This document shows positions 26,038-39,280 of a DNA stretch of 64,000 bases, in pieces. Below the pieces are notes generated by a model. The model was not told the DNA's origin, searched no databases, and saw nothing but the letters and a program-made list of their open reading frames with translations. Source of the DNA: Lingula anatina (Eukaryota; Animalia; Brachiopoda); contig CM120648.1 of NCBI GenBank assembly GCA_051362555.1, forward strand, positions 6,940,587 through 7,004,586, in the 5' to 3' direction. Position numbers and translations under genes: made by a program. Every line of letters begins with the position of its first letter. Position 1 is the first letter of the stretch.

Positions 26038-27059
26038 CAAGCCTAATATCAACCCTGTTAACTGACCGTGTAGAGGGTGAGGTCTCCGTTTAAGACCAAG
26101 CTTTGGGTCGTCTATCTTTAATATCTGAGCTGTACAGAAAACTCTGCCCTTCGAAGTGAGACGGACCCTAAAATTCCCTTAATAACTGTGATGACCAGTC
26201 ACCCTTTAAAGTGCTACAGGAAAGACGGCTCAAGTTTAAAGTGGACTTGACCCAAACCTTAAATCTATTGACAAACTTGCAGTGAAAAAAAACACACGAA
26301 AATGATACGTGTCAGAATACTGGCAAGTTTTGTGATTAAATACTGGCAAATTCGTGAAAGAAATAAGATGGGGGGATTTTTCGGATATTTCTTCACATTG
26401 CTGTCCCGTTGCCTGTACTGTATTCGGTCCGTTAAAGTTGTATACCGTGTCAGCCCTAAAGATTTCATTTTTAGATAGAAAGGGGAAGGGAAGTGAGGCA
26501 ATTAAAACGTAAGACACTGTGGTGCCATATGTACCAAGTATACCCACATGTACTGTACGTGTATTACCGATATTCCACCTTTTCTTTCCTCTTAAAGTGG
26601 GTATATCCATTTTCGTGAAAATGTCCATCCTATACGATTTATGAAAATTGACTTTTAATAAAAATTGTGGTTTATATGTATTTCAGTAATGTATCAGTCA
26701 TAATACACATACATGTAATAGTCTAGCCTCCAAAAAACACCAGATTTATTTAAGGTGGAATACTCTCTCAAGTGCTAGTACTCTGGACACTAAGAAACCT
26801 ACGTTCCATGTCCATAAATTAAATGAGATTTAAAGAATGAAAAGCAAGATGTAAAAAACATAAAATGTGTTTTATTGCATCATTTTGTGTTTCTAGGCTT
26901 CTACAATGTACACTTAAGGAGTAGTAGTACTTTTAAATTGTTAAAACATGCAGTCAATATGGAGAAATAATACTGAACTGTTCTTTTCATCATTTCTTTA
27001 GCATGAGTCACGCGAATATTACAACACTGTCATTACAATCTTCATCAACAATAGCAGGT

Positions 27060-27426
27060 ATTTCACGAAAGGATCAAATTCCAACTTTGTTGAGTGACCC
27101 GAAACACAATGTTGACTAACACGTACGGCAAACTTCGTGCACTCTTGTCTGACCCACGGACCGCTGACAGTCTTTGTCAATTTGACATATTGTAGACATC
27201 CGCTAAATTAGCCACGTGCAAGAACGAGGTACTTTGGATTCTCACTTATTGGGAAACTTTATCAGGAGGACCAGGTTCTAAAACGAGTGACTCTTTTGAG
27301 TTGCTTGTCTAGCGGAATTCCATTAAAATGGACTGCTTTCGTACAGTGACTACTAATAGAATTCGAACTGTACTTGTTTCGTTATGACTGATCATACCAT
27401 AAGATCTCCTTGTTTGGGGATAATTT
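27060..27426 (-). pseudogene. Decayed remnant of the cytoplasmic-tail exon of gene C
   Basis: After an AG near 27427 the frames contain stops, but fragments SENPKY (about 27229-27246) and KLEFD (27073-27087) match gene D tail motifs SENPGY and KLEFD in the same order. Confidence 0.5.
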
Positions 27427-27524
27427 CTGACGGCAAGGGATGGGATCCAGCGATCTCTACACAGTGTTCGTAAGAATTAAAATGTAAAAGTTATCTCCAT
27501 TTTACTTAAAAACAAGAGTGACGT

Positions 27525-30500
27525 CTATCGTAGAAGGAAAAGTATAGTTCCGGCCATGATAAAACCAACGTGCATTTCTGAAAAGAAGAGGTACAAGATG
27601 TGGTTTTAATCTCATTGGTCTAGAGTTTCTTAAATTAATGAACAACAATGCAACGAATATATTATATCTACACCACTTTTTTTCTAATTACATACTATTT
27701 CCTATACATTCTTCAATTGTCGTGCTCAGAATATCTAGCAAAATCCAGCGGCCAGTAGCCAAACATTTTAAAAAGAGTGCGCATTTCCACAAAATGAGAA
27801 CCAATCTGCATTTACCCCGTTAGTTGGGCCGATTTGAAAAATGACAGAAGCTAGATCTGACTTTGATTCAGAGTGGACACCCCTAGTTTTCCGACCCCCC
27901 CCCCCCCCCCCCCCCCCCCCCGCCTGGATTCTAGTATGGTGTATTGTGTCTGACTTTTTTGTGTTGAATAACTTGTTCTACATGTATTCCATTTTCGATT
28001 TGGTCGTGGTTAAATCAGACTTATTGTTGAGTTGTAACCATTTGTATGATAAATACTAGAACAAGCTCTTACCTGTCGGTTTTCTATTTGTTGCTTTTGA
28101 TGTTGTTGAGTTTCCGGAGTCTGGTGAAAAAAGGTGTATTTTTCATATTTTTCTGTACACATTGTAATGATCTAAACGATGTGCTTAGCTAATATTTTAA
28201 TATAGAGTTCGACCTTTTGTTCTTTTTTATCATACCTGAAAAACTGCTTGGAGCCTTTTTACATTTACAAGAAAAGGCATCAGAGACATTACAACATAAT
28301 TGTGCTTTACCTACCTCCATTTAGCCAGTGAATCTTATTTACACAAGTAAAATATCCCGATAGTTTGTTTGATCGTAAAATCGTAAACATCCACCTTACT
28401 GCTTGAAACGTACCTGGTGTGACGGATGTTACCATCACTGTAGTGGACAATATCCTTGTTATTGTTGTTGACGGTTTATCAGTAGCAGGGGCCGTTGTGA
28501 TTTCACCAGACAGGGAGGATGTAGTGAGAAACTGAGACCTTGAATCGACGTTTGTTGTTAAATTTGAGGTTGTAGTCGAAGGGACCGTAGAATAAGGTAC
28601 TGTAGTCGTAGAAAGCGTAGTTGTAGCATTAAGTACTGTGGTTGTAGAAAGCGTAGTTGTAGCATTAGGTGCTGTAGTCGTAGAAAGCGTAGTTGTAGCA
28701 TTAAGTACCGTGGTTGTAGAAAGCGTAGTTGTAGCATTAGGTGCTGTAGTTGTAGAAAGCGTGGTGGTAGCATTAGGTGCTGTAATTGTAGAAAGCGTGG
28801 TGGTAGCATTAGGTGCTGTAGTTGTAGAAAGCGTGGTGGTAGCACTGGTCGTAGAAAGCACGGTGGTAGTATTAAGTCCTGCAGTTGTAGAAAGTGTTGT
28901 CGTAGTATTTGGCGCTGCAGTCGTAGAAAGCGTTGTGGAAGCATTAGGTGCCATTGTTGTAGAAAGCGTGGTGGTGGCATTATCGGTAGGTGCTGGAGTC
29001 GTAGAAAGTATTGTGGTAGCATTATGTACCATAGTCGTAGAAAGCGGGGTGGTAGCATTAGGTGCTGCAGTTGTAGAAAGCGTGGTGGTAGCATTCGGTG
29101 CTGTAGTTGTAGAAAGCGTGGTGGTAGCATTAGGTGATGTAGTTGTAGAACGCGTGGTGGTAGTTTTAGGTGCTGTAGTTGTAGAAAGCGTGGTGGAAGC
29201 ATTAGGAGCTGTAATTGTAGAAAGCGTGGTGGTAGCATTAGGTGATGTAGTTGTAGAAAGCGTGGTGGTAGTATTAGGTGATGTAGTCGTAGAAAGCGTG
29301 GTGGTAGCATTAGGTGATGTTGTTGTAGAACGAGTGGTGGTAGCATTAGGTGATGTTGTTGTAGAACGAGTGGTGGTAGCATTAGGTGCTGTACTTGTAG
29401 AAAGCGGGGTGGTAGCATTAGGTGATGTTGTTGTAGAACGAGTGGTGGTAGCATTAGGTGATGTTGTTGTAGAACGAGTGGTGGTAGCATTAGGTGATGT
29501 TGTTGTAGAACGAGTGGTGGTAGCATTAGGTGCTGTACTTGTAGAAAGCGTGATGGTAGCATTAGGTGCTGTAGTTGTAGAAAGCGTGGTGGTAAAATTA
29601 GGTGCTGTAGTTGTAGAAAGCGTGGTGGTAGCATTAGGTGCTGTAGTTGTAGAAAGCGTGGTGGTAGCATTAGGTGATGCAGTTGTAGAACGCGTGGTGG
29701 TAGCATTAGGTGCTGCAGTTGTAGAAAGCGTGGTGGTAGCATTAGGTGATGCAGTTGTAGAACGAGTGGTGGTAGCATTAGGTGATGTAGTTGTAGAAAG
29801 CGTGGTGGCAGCATTAGGTGCTGTAGTTGTAGAACGCGTGGTGGTGGCATTAGTTGCTGGAGTAGGTGTGGTAATTGTCGTGGGGGTGTGAGCAGTAAAG
29901 GGAAGAGTGAGTGTACTGGATGCGGTCGTTGGTCTCGATGACGTCAGGCTGGTGGCAGCAGAAGTCGTGTTTGGTAGAGGAGTCATGTCTGAAAGAGCGG
30001 AAAGAGGTTTTAAACCTAATGCAATGTTGTCTTTCAATTCTAAAAAAAATCTTCTTTTTAAATAAATAAAAAAAATCAAAAGAGCTCAACTACCCCCTGC
30101 ACCTATGCAGAGGCGTGAATATAATATAATATAATATAATATAATATAATATAATATAATAATGATAGGTAAGCACGCTAAAATAACGCCAAGTTACGCC
30201 CCCCCTCCCCCCCCCCCCCCCCCCCATCCACACACACCCTTTTCCACACCCCACAAACAGCCAATAAAACGTACGCACCGTACATACAGATGAACTTGTA
30301 GTAATAACCCAGTGAGTAGCATGGATACGCCGCCCATCTCCAGTTGTACTCTCGACGCAGAACCCCGCAGTCTCGATGATACAGCGGCCAGTAATCTACC
30401 GGCTCCCCCTCACCCCAGTATGAATACTGGAAGAAGGCTCCTATTGGAATATTTTGCAAAGAGGATACGAACTTGAAGAAACTGTATGGCTTATAAAACT

Positions 30501-31734
30501 GCTTTTGAAAAAGATCCTTTATTTTTTGTTAGAAAATGATTTCTGAAACACACGGAGGATTTAGTTCTAAATGACAGACATGACATAAAATTGAGAGAGA
30601 GAGCAAGAGAGAGAATAAGAGATAGAGAGAGAGCAGCTGCATCATCGTAAATGAGAAAAAAATATTGAAATTATTTAATCAAACAACAACATGTTTCAGA
30701 ATTGAAAAAAAAAGCGAAAGAAAACGCAAACCATGTCAACAAACGCACCAGAGTGCCACTCCCAAGTGCCTTCCAGCACGGAATCCGTGGCTCCAATCCA
30801 CACCCCGGCCTCTGTCCATCCCGTCACGTTGTCTAATTTATACCGGATAAAATCCATGGTTGCCTGGTCGTAGATCTCCAACATTTTCCCGCCATTTTCC
30901 TCACAGTAGGACTGCCCTTCTGCCCAGTATTCTTCGTGGTTGATAAACTCGTAGCACTTTTCTTGGAAGGTGTAATAAGCGTATGCAAGCCTGGGAGGAC
31001 ACCTGTCTCTGTCACTGACTTCAATACAATAGAAAAGTAGAACAGATAATCATAAAAAAATTACATGTACGAGTGTATGTGACGCTGTATGCATTTCACG
31101 TGTGTTTATATTCATATATGGTGAAGGGGACAAAAGCTTATTTTTTCTCACGCCTGGCTCTGTTTAAATCGAACGAATTTTGACCCCCTCTCACAAATGC
31201 AGCAACAAAAACGTTTGCAATATCTAAAGTTTTTAACTAGATAATTTAGATAGATTTGATCTTGGTCATCAAATAATAGCAAAGCATAAACTATGAAGGG
31301 TTCAAAGCATGCAAAAAAAATCGTTCTCCAAGCGTTCATTTGGCCTACGTAACAGAGGCTAAAGGTCCAACTGGACACCGCTATAGCCACGCACCTTCTC
31401 ATACCTGGTCGTCACTGACCCGGGGATTACGGCACCGAAGGAGGCATCCACTTTCAAATCGTTTAAACTTATGACAGGTGGCTGTCATAGCTCCATATGC
31501 AACATATAATATAGGTGCGGAGCATGTATGATTCATAAACATCTTCGTGACGGTTGAAATTACATGTACGGCTAGAAGAAAGCGTTTTTTGATAGGTGGC
31601 ATACAGGCCCGTGCTGGGGGCCGAGTGTTTGGCATTAAGACAATAAGATGTTAGTATGGGGAATGAAGATGTAAACGCTATACTATAGGGCCTTAGAAAT
31701 GTTGATATGTTTATGGTTTATTTAGTAACACCGG

Positions 31735-31769
<35 letters not shown>

Positions 31770-32157
31770 AGACCCCCCTCTCTCTCTATCTGACACACAA
31801 ACACACACACATTGAATCACTTCATCTTGCATTGGTAGGGATGACCTTATCCTGTCTTGAAGTGGCTTTAATTTTCGTCTAAAATATACATGACCCGTCG
31901 TTAAATAATGTAAGCTGAATTTTGGAAAATGTTTAATAATAACCTATAATAATCTATAATGAAAACACGCAATCAATATAGAAAAAAAAATACTTTTTTC
32001 TTGACCTTGTAATAAAAAGCAAACCCGAAACAAAAACATTTTGTCCACGAAAACAAAAATTGCTGAAAGATTGATACGAGCACTTACCTTGCCCATGGAC
32101 AGAAATCCTAAGAAGCAACGCAAAAACTGAGTAAAGTTTAATATAAGACACTTCCAT
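27525..32157 (-). CDS. Lectin gene C: C-type lectin - long N-sequon-rich mucin stalk - short hydrophobic C-terminus with no cytoplasmic tail
   Basis: Exons: 32157-32088 (MEVSYIKLYSVFALLLRISVHGQ, signal); 31018-30749 (CTL-1); 30440-30279 (CTL-2: WGEGEPVDYWPLYHRDC...WAAYPC); 29988-28414 (mucin, 525 codons); 28120-28073 (DSGNSTTSKATNRKPT); 27577-27525 (EMHVGFIMAGTILFLLR*). Confidence 0.88.
28600..29855 (-). repeat. Coding 36-bp minisatellite: 12-aa (A/S)PNATTT(L/R)STTT repeats of gene C
   Basis: More than 30 tandem 36-nt units (gtagaaagcgtggtggtagcattaggtgctgtagtt on the + strand). Confidence 0.95.
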
Positions 32158-33853
32158 GGCAAACAGCTAAACAAGCGCAGTTTTCTTTTTCAACAACTGT
32201 TCTGTTGCAATCGTAGTATATAATTCCGCAAAATCTATTCAATTTTCTATTATTCGGCCTACAAGGGCACCCTGTATGGTGCTGTAGCCTGCGTCTTCTG
32301 ATCGGAAGTAGTGCAAAAGGTAAAAGCCAGATGCTCAACGATGAGTCGAGTGTTTTAAATGCAGCACAAATTCATAGACCTTGTGAGATAAAAGTACTTT
32401 TATAACACGATCATTCGATCCAATCCAATCCAGTTTTTCTCAGTCGCAATCCGAGACAAAAAGGCAATGTAACGCATCAAATAATTCCACGCATCGCACA
32501 AAAATTATTATGAGTATCCAAAATGTGTGAATTGTCGAAAAACGCACAGTCCCTCTATTTGTCCGAGTCTATGAATGACAGAAAATATGTACACAGTCAC
32601 GGGGAGTAGACCTGATGCTCCGTGTTCAAGTCTGGTAAGGTGCGACGAAAAGAATAACAAATTTCCTGTGCTGGGGCTCAAATTATGACAGTGACGAAAA
32701 TTACAAAAGCGTCCCAACACGCCCAGTGGAAAAGACCGCTGCTCTGTTGTGTGTGATATCGTCCACTTGTCCTCATGTGATCATATAAAAAGGGGAGTGG
32801 GTAAGGGAACGAGCTGCAGTACTTCGGGTAAATGGATGATGTCATGTGACTTTTTAAAAAATTTAAAAAAAAACGATGAACATCGATTTAAACTTTGTAT
32901 TAATTGACCCGTAAACACGAAACTAAAGCAAATATAATACTTCGATTTTCTTTGAGACGTTTAGATATTGTTTTCAATATATACCGCCGTTATCGTTACT
33001 GTGTTTAGCAATGCAAGGTCGTAACTTCGAGGAACATCTCTTTCTGTGGCAAGCTTATATGAATAATATGACACGGGCTTCCACAATTAGGCCATACGTA
33101 TGCCATATACCACAGTATGAAAGCATCCTAGAACCTGTACCTTAATAAACGCTACATGCTGCAGCAGGAATGTCTGTAACCGTGCACACTTACTATGCAC
33201 ATGCCTGACCGCCACCATCACGACAAACTGTTGTCCCAATAGCTCCAATTATAATGGCATCTGAACCCGTTTTACTGTCATTGTCAGGTACAGCCCATCC
33301 ATCAGCAGGTTATTCATACACAAATAAACAGGGCCATGGTTATATTAATATTCCTATTCATATATCAGGAGGGGTGAAATATTCTGGAGACCCGGGACCG
33401 CTGCAGTGCCAATTTCTGATGACGTGAGACGTGTGTATAAGGCTATATTTGTATTCCAAACACCCCTTTCTTTATTTAACATCAGGAATGCTATTTTTGT
33501 CGCCCTTCTGCGAATCCCATTCTATTTTGTTTGCGATTATTATTCCCCTATTTAAAACATGTAGAAAATATAAAGGACACCATTTAGCATAGACAGAGGC
33601 TAATGTTGACATTTTCTGATGCTATCATTTAAATTGGACCATTTATAATAAGACTAAATGAGAGATAGAGAGATTTTTAAGGCAACAGTGTCTCAATTCT
33701 ATTGCAAAAACGGGTTCAAAAAATACTGGAAGATCAAACATGTCAGTAAACTATAACAAATGAGATATTGCTCGATAGATTGATTTGGACCAGTTTCTCC
33801 CTTTGTTTCTTTTTTTTTTTTTTTTTGACATAATGTAAGTAGTCTCATATAAA

Positions 33854-35143
33854 TCATAATTTAGGAAGTATAATGTCATTAAAGATACCTTTGTAATAAC
33901 TACTCTTCAATAAAACCGAAAATTGCCTGTTTGCAATCATCATCAATTTACAGTACGGTTTGTGTATTGTAAACCCACGGGTCCAACGACATGGCAAAAC
34001 GTCTAAGGTTGTGTCAGACTTGGAGCTACAAAAGGCTGCAATTTTTCTGTTGACTTCTTTCAAAAACTGAACTTCTTCAAAGAAATCCTCATTATGCTTG
34101 TGAAGTATGTTTTCAAATTTTCTTCTGAAATAGTCATACAGCAAGAAATCTTCTTCACTGAATTTACGCAACTTTTCGGGTATTTCTGGGTCTGTGTTTC
34201 CTTTAATCAGTTCTTGGTAGTCTTTGCGCTTGATTTCGTGTATTTTGAGGTATATGACATCTCCAATATCCCAGCAAAACCTGCGTTTCAGCATCACCAA
34301 CCCCTCGTCCGTGTATTCCATTATTAAAACATAATCAAAATCCCGATCTATATCGTTGATGAAGTTTTGCACTGAAGTTTTCGAAGAAGAATATCCCAAA
34401 TAATTAATCATGACGTTGAATAGCAACTCCGAATGTTTGGATTTATATAATGCAGGGGTATTGAGATATGTTTTTAGCTGATTTTTGCCTCGAAGACGCA
34501 ACTTTTTATTGACACCGAAGAAACTAAAAGCAGATTTGAAACGACGTACTGGTTCTCTCAGCATAACAGCATAGACTGAATCCGAAGGCATCAGTCTCTC
34601 CACTGCCTTTCGTTCGTATTCGCTGTGGTGTGTCATTATATCGTAGTGCGGATTTTTGTCATATTCATCCCTCATAATGTCATATTCCGATTGCTTCAGT
34701 CTAAGGAGTTTGTTCTGGGTAGCAGGGAGGACAACTTTCAAATCATTACGAAAACCATAGCGAAGAAACACGCTGGCAACGGTGGTCGAACCAGTTTTTG
34801 GTATTTTCACGAAGACGATGTGTTTGTTGGGTGTACATGTCGTCTGTAGATAGGAGTTCGAAGATGACCTATTTCCGGTGGTTGGACTTAATTCTGAATC
34901 AACATTTCGACCAGACCAATAAACTAAGGAGTTCTTCAAGTCTCCGATTAAGCATCCCGGCTTAGACCTTGAAAGAAATTGCATAAATTTAATGAAAACG
35001 AACATTGGGGTGATTTCATTGTCAGTTTTGCTTTTACATTGTAGGAGAATCACTGCTAATGCCTGACGCAAGCCAAAGACGATGTTTCGAAATGTTCCCA
35101 TACACGAAAAATGACTTTGAAGCCACCTAAATTCCAATCCTAC
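33854..35143 (-). CDS. Galactose-3-O-sulfotransferase family protein (Gal3ST-like), copy 1
   Basis: Uninterrupted frame of about 420 aa with 5'-PSB VFVKIPKTGSTTVASVF, 3'-PB LREPVRRFKSAF, DRDFDYVLIMEY-DE-LVMLKRRFCW and DFLLYDYF. Acceptor-like AG just above 35143; first ATG at 35101. Confidence 0.9.
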   Translation of the reverse strand, partial: VGLEFRWLQSHFSCMGTFRNIVFGLRQALAVILLQCKSKTDNEITPMFVFIKFMQFLSRSKPGCLIGDLKNSLVYWSGRNVDSELSPTTGNRSSSNSYLQTTCTPNKHIVFVKIPKTGSTTVASVFLRYGFRNDLKVVLPATQNKLLRLKQSEYDIMRDEYDKNPHYDIMTHHSEYERKAVERLMPSDSVYAVMLREPVRRFKSAFSFFGVNKKLRLRGKNQLKTYLNTPALYKSKHSELLFNVMINYLGYSSSKTSVQNFINDIDRDFDYVLIMEYTDEGLVMLKRRFCWDIGDVIYLKIHEIKRKDYQELIKGNTDPEIPEKLRKFSEEDFLLYDYFRRKFENILHKHNEDFFEEVQFLKEVNRKIAAFCSSKSDTTLDVLPCRWTRGFTIHKPYCKLMMIANRQFSVLLKSSYYKGIFNDIILPKL

Positions 35144-35604
35144 CTATAAAGAGAAGTTAATCAATAAATAATATTTTCTTTTTAATTATTTCTAAGATAG
35201 ACGTATGCAGTCGACGTAGGTATTAATCGAGGCCGTATCGTAATGATTTGAATTATTTTTCACATTGGCGTTTATATTAGCCCTTATATAAAAATGTGTT
35301 CAGAAAACCGTTTCTTTATTTCACAAGAACTTCCATAATAGTATGAAGATTTTTTCAACTTACGCCTTAATGGTAGAGTCCCCTGCGTAAGAAATACGTC
35401 GATTTCCACCTCTTAGGTCTATGGAGGGTTTGCTTCTAACTCCCAGGAAATAAAATACAATACTGCCTGTAAATATGCAAACTATCATAAGGATCGCAAG
35501 CTTCCATTTCAGTCCTGACATGGTGCTTTATAACCCGCGCCGTGCAGTACCAACTTATTTCAATACCTTCCTTTTGAAGACTAGCAATGACCTACCACCA
35601 GCAT

Positions 35605-35652
<48 letters not shown>

Positions 35653-36179
35653 AATATATATATATATTTGCACTGATCATTTGACATTACTAAGTACAAT
35701 ACGGGCACATTTAAAGGTATGGCAGCTCCAAGTAAAGTTAAGGGTGTGGTGGATATGCCAAAACGAACATGTTGTTAGCTTGGTTATGTAAGGGAAGTTT
35801 TTGCCTTCATACAAATTGCATTGTTCTTATCTGAACTCCACTAAACCTTAGCAGAAGCCATACCAGGACCGACTGACAATGGTCTTGGGGATCAGACAGC
35901 TGCATTCAGTGAAATGGGCCTCAGGAAACCCGACATTGCCAGAGGGCCTGGAATTTCAAGGTGAATTTCAGAGGAGAGCTACAACCAATGTAGCAAAAAG
36001 TGACTTTGAAGCCACCTAAATTCCAATCCTATCTGTAAAGGGATGTTCATTAATAAATAATGAGTTTCTTTTTAATTATTTCTAAGATAGACGTATTCAG
36101 TCGACGTAGGAATTAAACAAGGCCATAACGTAATGATTTTAATTATTTTTCACGTAAGGCGTTTATATTAGTACTTATA

Positions 36180-37842
36180 CAGACTTGACATTTAATATGG
36201 AATATTTCAGTTTGAAAGGTATGCCTAGGTAAAAATGCGTTCTTTTTTTCATAAAACTCAGATCTCATATAAGATATCTGACTGGAGAAGTGTGAAGTCA
36301 GGTGTGTCGCTACCAATTAACTGACTACCAAGTCTGTTGCACTGCTGCATTGTGTAATATGCGGTGATTTAATTGGGTAGTGCTCCTTTAGGTTGGTCAA
36401 AGCTTGGCTTTGGCAAAGCATGGTTCTGTCAAAAAAGTATCCATATGTCGGCAACTACTGCATAGAAGAATTTGAAATTTTGCACGTAAGCGGTCAGTTT
36501 TGCAGTGCGTAAAATGAGTCAAACAATGTTTTACAGAAATGTTAATCTGTGCCAGAATGGCGCGAAAAAAACAGACATTGCCAGACAGATTATTGTGTCA
36601 AGCGGAATAGTCTGCACAGTTTTATGAAGTTATGCCCAGACTGATGTACCTACACAGAGACCACGCCCAATGTATCGACATCTTACCACCAGGGCACAGG
36701 ATTCACCGTCCTTCAGGATATGCTGCTGCAACTAAACAAAACCCACCCAGTCCGTTCAGAATGAGGGGCAAATTGTGACCAAAACGCGTTTTTCAAGGCT
36801 CTTAGCGAATATCAAACTGGTTTTAGCAGGTTAGAAAACCAAACGACCTCTGAGGAAGCCACTGTAAACAGCAGAACAGCGTCGTCTGTTTCTCTAATGA
36901 ATTGAGGACCATGACCGTTTCTGGGTAGAACACTGAAACCGCGTGGCTTTCTTTATTGAGGTCAGATTTCACCTGTACCGCTGAACTGGTTAAAACAGAG
37001 TTTACAGACATCCTGCAGAGGCCTACGACAAGGCGTGTGCCGCTTCTAAAGTGACTAGGGTCATTGACAGCGTCAGTATTTGGGGTGAATACCACATTGG
37101 TGCCAAAACACCAATGATAGTCATCGACGAAAACCTGAACCAGATCAAATAAAGGGATAATCTGGGAACCACTTGACTATCATTTGATAGGGGGGAACTT
37201 AGGAACAATTTTAGGTTGCACGATGAGAGTGCCGGTTCACACAGCGCACTTTTAATGGCAGATTTCTTACAGAACCAAGGGAATGAGCAGATACATTGGT
37301 CATCAAAATCGCCATATTTGAACCACATAGACAATACATGGGTAGGTTATTACTCTCCGAATTAACGGCCTACATGTCCTACAACAAAACTGAACCAAAT
37401 TGGACAGGTTTTGACCGTTGCCTGGAATTTTTTTCCATATTAAACTCTAAAAACCTATCCTAAGGAATGCCTTGCCACTTGAAAGCTCTGGTAGCAGCCA
37501 GATGAGGTCAGGTGTAACAGTAACCGTTGCTGTGACAAGACACTAACATGAGGGTCCTTTGGGGGGCGCAAAACTCTTTTAAAGACGATAATTTCGAAAA
37601 TATGGAGATCCAAAATATCGCTTTCAATGGTTGTCGTACGACTTAAAATAGGCAATGCATTTTTGTTTGCTTCACTGGCGAATTCAATTAATGAACTGAT
37701 GTCACAATGACATCAAAGAGATAGATAAAAGTTATAAAAACAGGATTTTAATCCTTATTTTCATTTATCAGTCATGAAAATATGAAAAAAAACCAATGAA
37801 AAATAATTTGGAAAAAATATTCCATATTAAATGTCAAGTCTG
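36180..37842 (+). mobile_element. Full-length degenerate Tc1/mariner transposon
   Basis: 28-bp TIRs CAGACTTGACATTTAATATGGAATATTT with TA on both sides. Decayed transposase motifs FRLHDESAGSHSA and WSSKSPYLNHIDNTW (cf. QQDNA and WPSxSPDLNPIENLW). The empty site is visible in the paralogous copy at about 35285. Confidence 0.9.
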
Positions 37843-38206
37843 TATAAAAATGTGTTCAGAAAACCGTTTCTTTATTTCACAAGAACTTCCATAATAGTAT
37901 GAAGATTTTTTCAACTTACGCCTTAATGGTAGAGTCCCCTGCGTAAGAAATACGTCGATTTCCACCTCTTAGGTCTATGGAGAGTTTCCTTTTAACTCCC
38001 AGAAAATAAAATGCACCACTGCCTATAAATATGCAAACCATCATAAAGACCGCAAACTTCCATTTCAGTCCTGAATGGTGTTTAATAACCCTCCCTTTGC
38101 AATACCAGCTTGTTTGACTGGTTGCCTTCTGAAAACTAGCAATTACCTACCACCAGCATTAAATTTATACATTTGCCGGTTGTAGATAAATATTAATGAT
38201 CTGTTT

Positions 38207-38247
38207 GCTCCCCGGATGAGGCCTCCGGACCGAAACGACTGTTGGGC
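38207..38247 (+). ncRNA. Degenerate hammerhead ribozyme motif
   Basis: CCC-CGGAUGA-GGCCUCCGGACC-GAAAC-GACU-GUU-GGG; core U4 and the cleavage triplet are altered. Homologous to 41818 and 42991. Confidence 0.45.
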
Positions 38248-38292
38248 ACAATAAACATGCAGCAAACAGACTGATTTACTACTTTTCTCTTC

Positions 38293-38344
<52 letters not shown>

Positions 38345-38399
38345 ACTGATTATTTGGCATTACTAAGACAAATATTAGCACATTTAAACGGCAGCTCCA

Positions 38400-39280
38400 A
38401 AGTTCAGTTAAGGGCGTGTTGGGGATGCGAGAGAAAGTTGCTAGCTTAGCTATATAAGGGATGTTTTGCCTTGATACAAATAGGATTGTGGAAATCTTAC
38501 CTCCACCAAACTTTAGCAGAAGCCATACCAGGACCGACTGACAATGGTCTTGAGGATAGCCGCATTCAATGAAAATGGCCTCAGAAAAACCGACATTGCC
38601 AGAGGGCCTGGCGTTTCATGGCAAACTGTTTTAGAGTACTCCAGAGGAGAGCTGCAACCAAAAGTGTAGCTATTGACAAATCCAAAGGTCATCTCGGTGC
38701 CGCTGGCCCGTACTGATCTTACCATGATCAACATTGCCAGAAGAACCCGCACTAAATCTGCCATTACCATTGCGTCAGAATCACGGGCTCATAATTTGCT
38801 TCATCTTTCCCGCCAAATAGTGAGCAGGAGACTCGTCCGGCATGGCTACAGGACAAGAAGGATTGTTAAGAAGCCTGAGTTAATACATAACCATCACGTG
38901 AACAGGATATGCTGAACGGAAACCTAACAGTCGTACACTGGAACAATGAAGTCTTCACAGATGAATCCAGTTTTCTACAATACCCATGTGATGGCTGTCT
39001 GCGAATGCGTCGTCTTACTTGCGAACAGAAGTTACAAGAAAATGTACCAGAAATCGAGGCAGGAAATACCGCTCTGTTGTGTGTGCTATTGTCCACTTGT
39101 CCTCATGTGATCATATAAAAATAGGAGTGGGTAAGGGTAAATGGATGATGTCATGTGACTTTTTAAAAAAATTAAAAGAACGATGAACATCGATTTAAAT
39201 GTTTTATTGATTCACGCCCTACACACGAAACTAAAGCAAAGATAATACTTCGATTTTCTTTGAGACGTCTATAAATTGTT
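38400..39280 (+). mobile_element. Degraded Tc1-family transposase remnant carried in the duplicated unit (other copies at about 32730-32980, 35720-36000, 43330-44050)
   Basis: SRQIVSRRLVRHGYRTRRIVKKPEL (HTH region) and WNNEVFTDESSF (first catalytic Asp motif), broken by stops. Confidence 0.75.

Noticed and set aside
28558-29850. 430-aa (MLPPRFLQLQHL)n ORF, plus the Tyr/Asn/His-rich ORF at 22753-23160 and poly-Gln ORF at 48111-48524
   Set aside because: Alternative frames of coding minisatellites that stay open only because the repeat unit lacks stops; they do not match the splice phases.
28600-29855. 36-bp periodicity resembling a CRISPR repeat
   Set aside because: Units are directly adjacent with no unique spacers, they encode a mucin, and the DNA is eukaryotic with no cas genes.
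33416-33445. CTGATGA followed by a small hairpin (possible hammerhead)
   Set aside because: No GAAA after the stem and no stem I or III.
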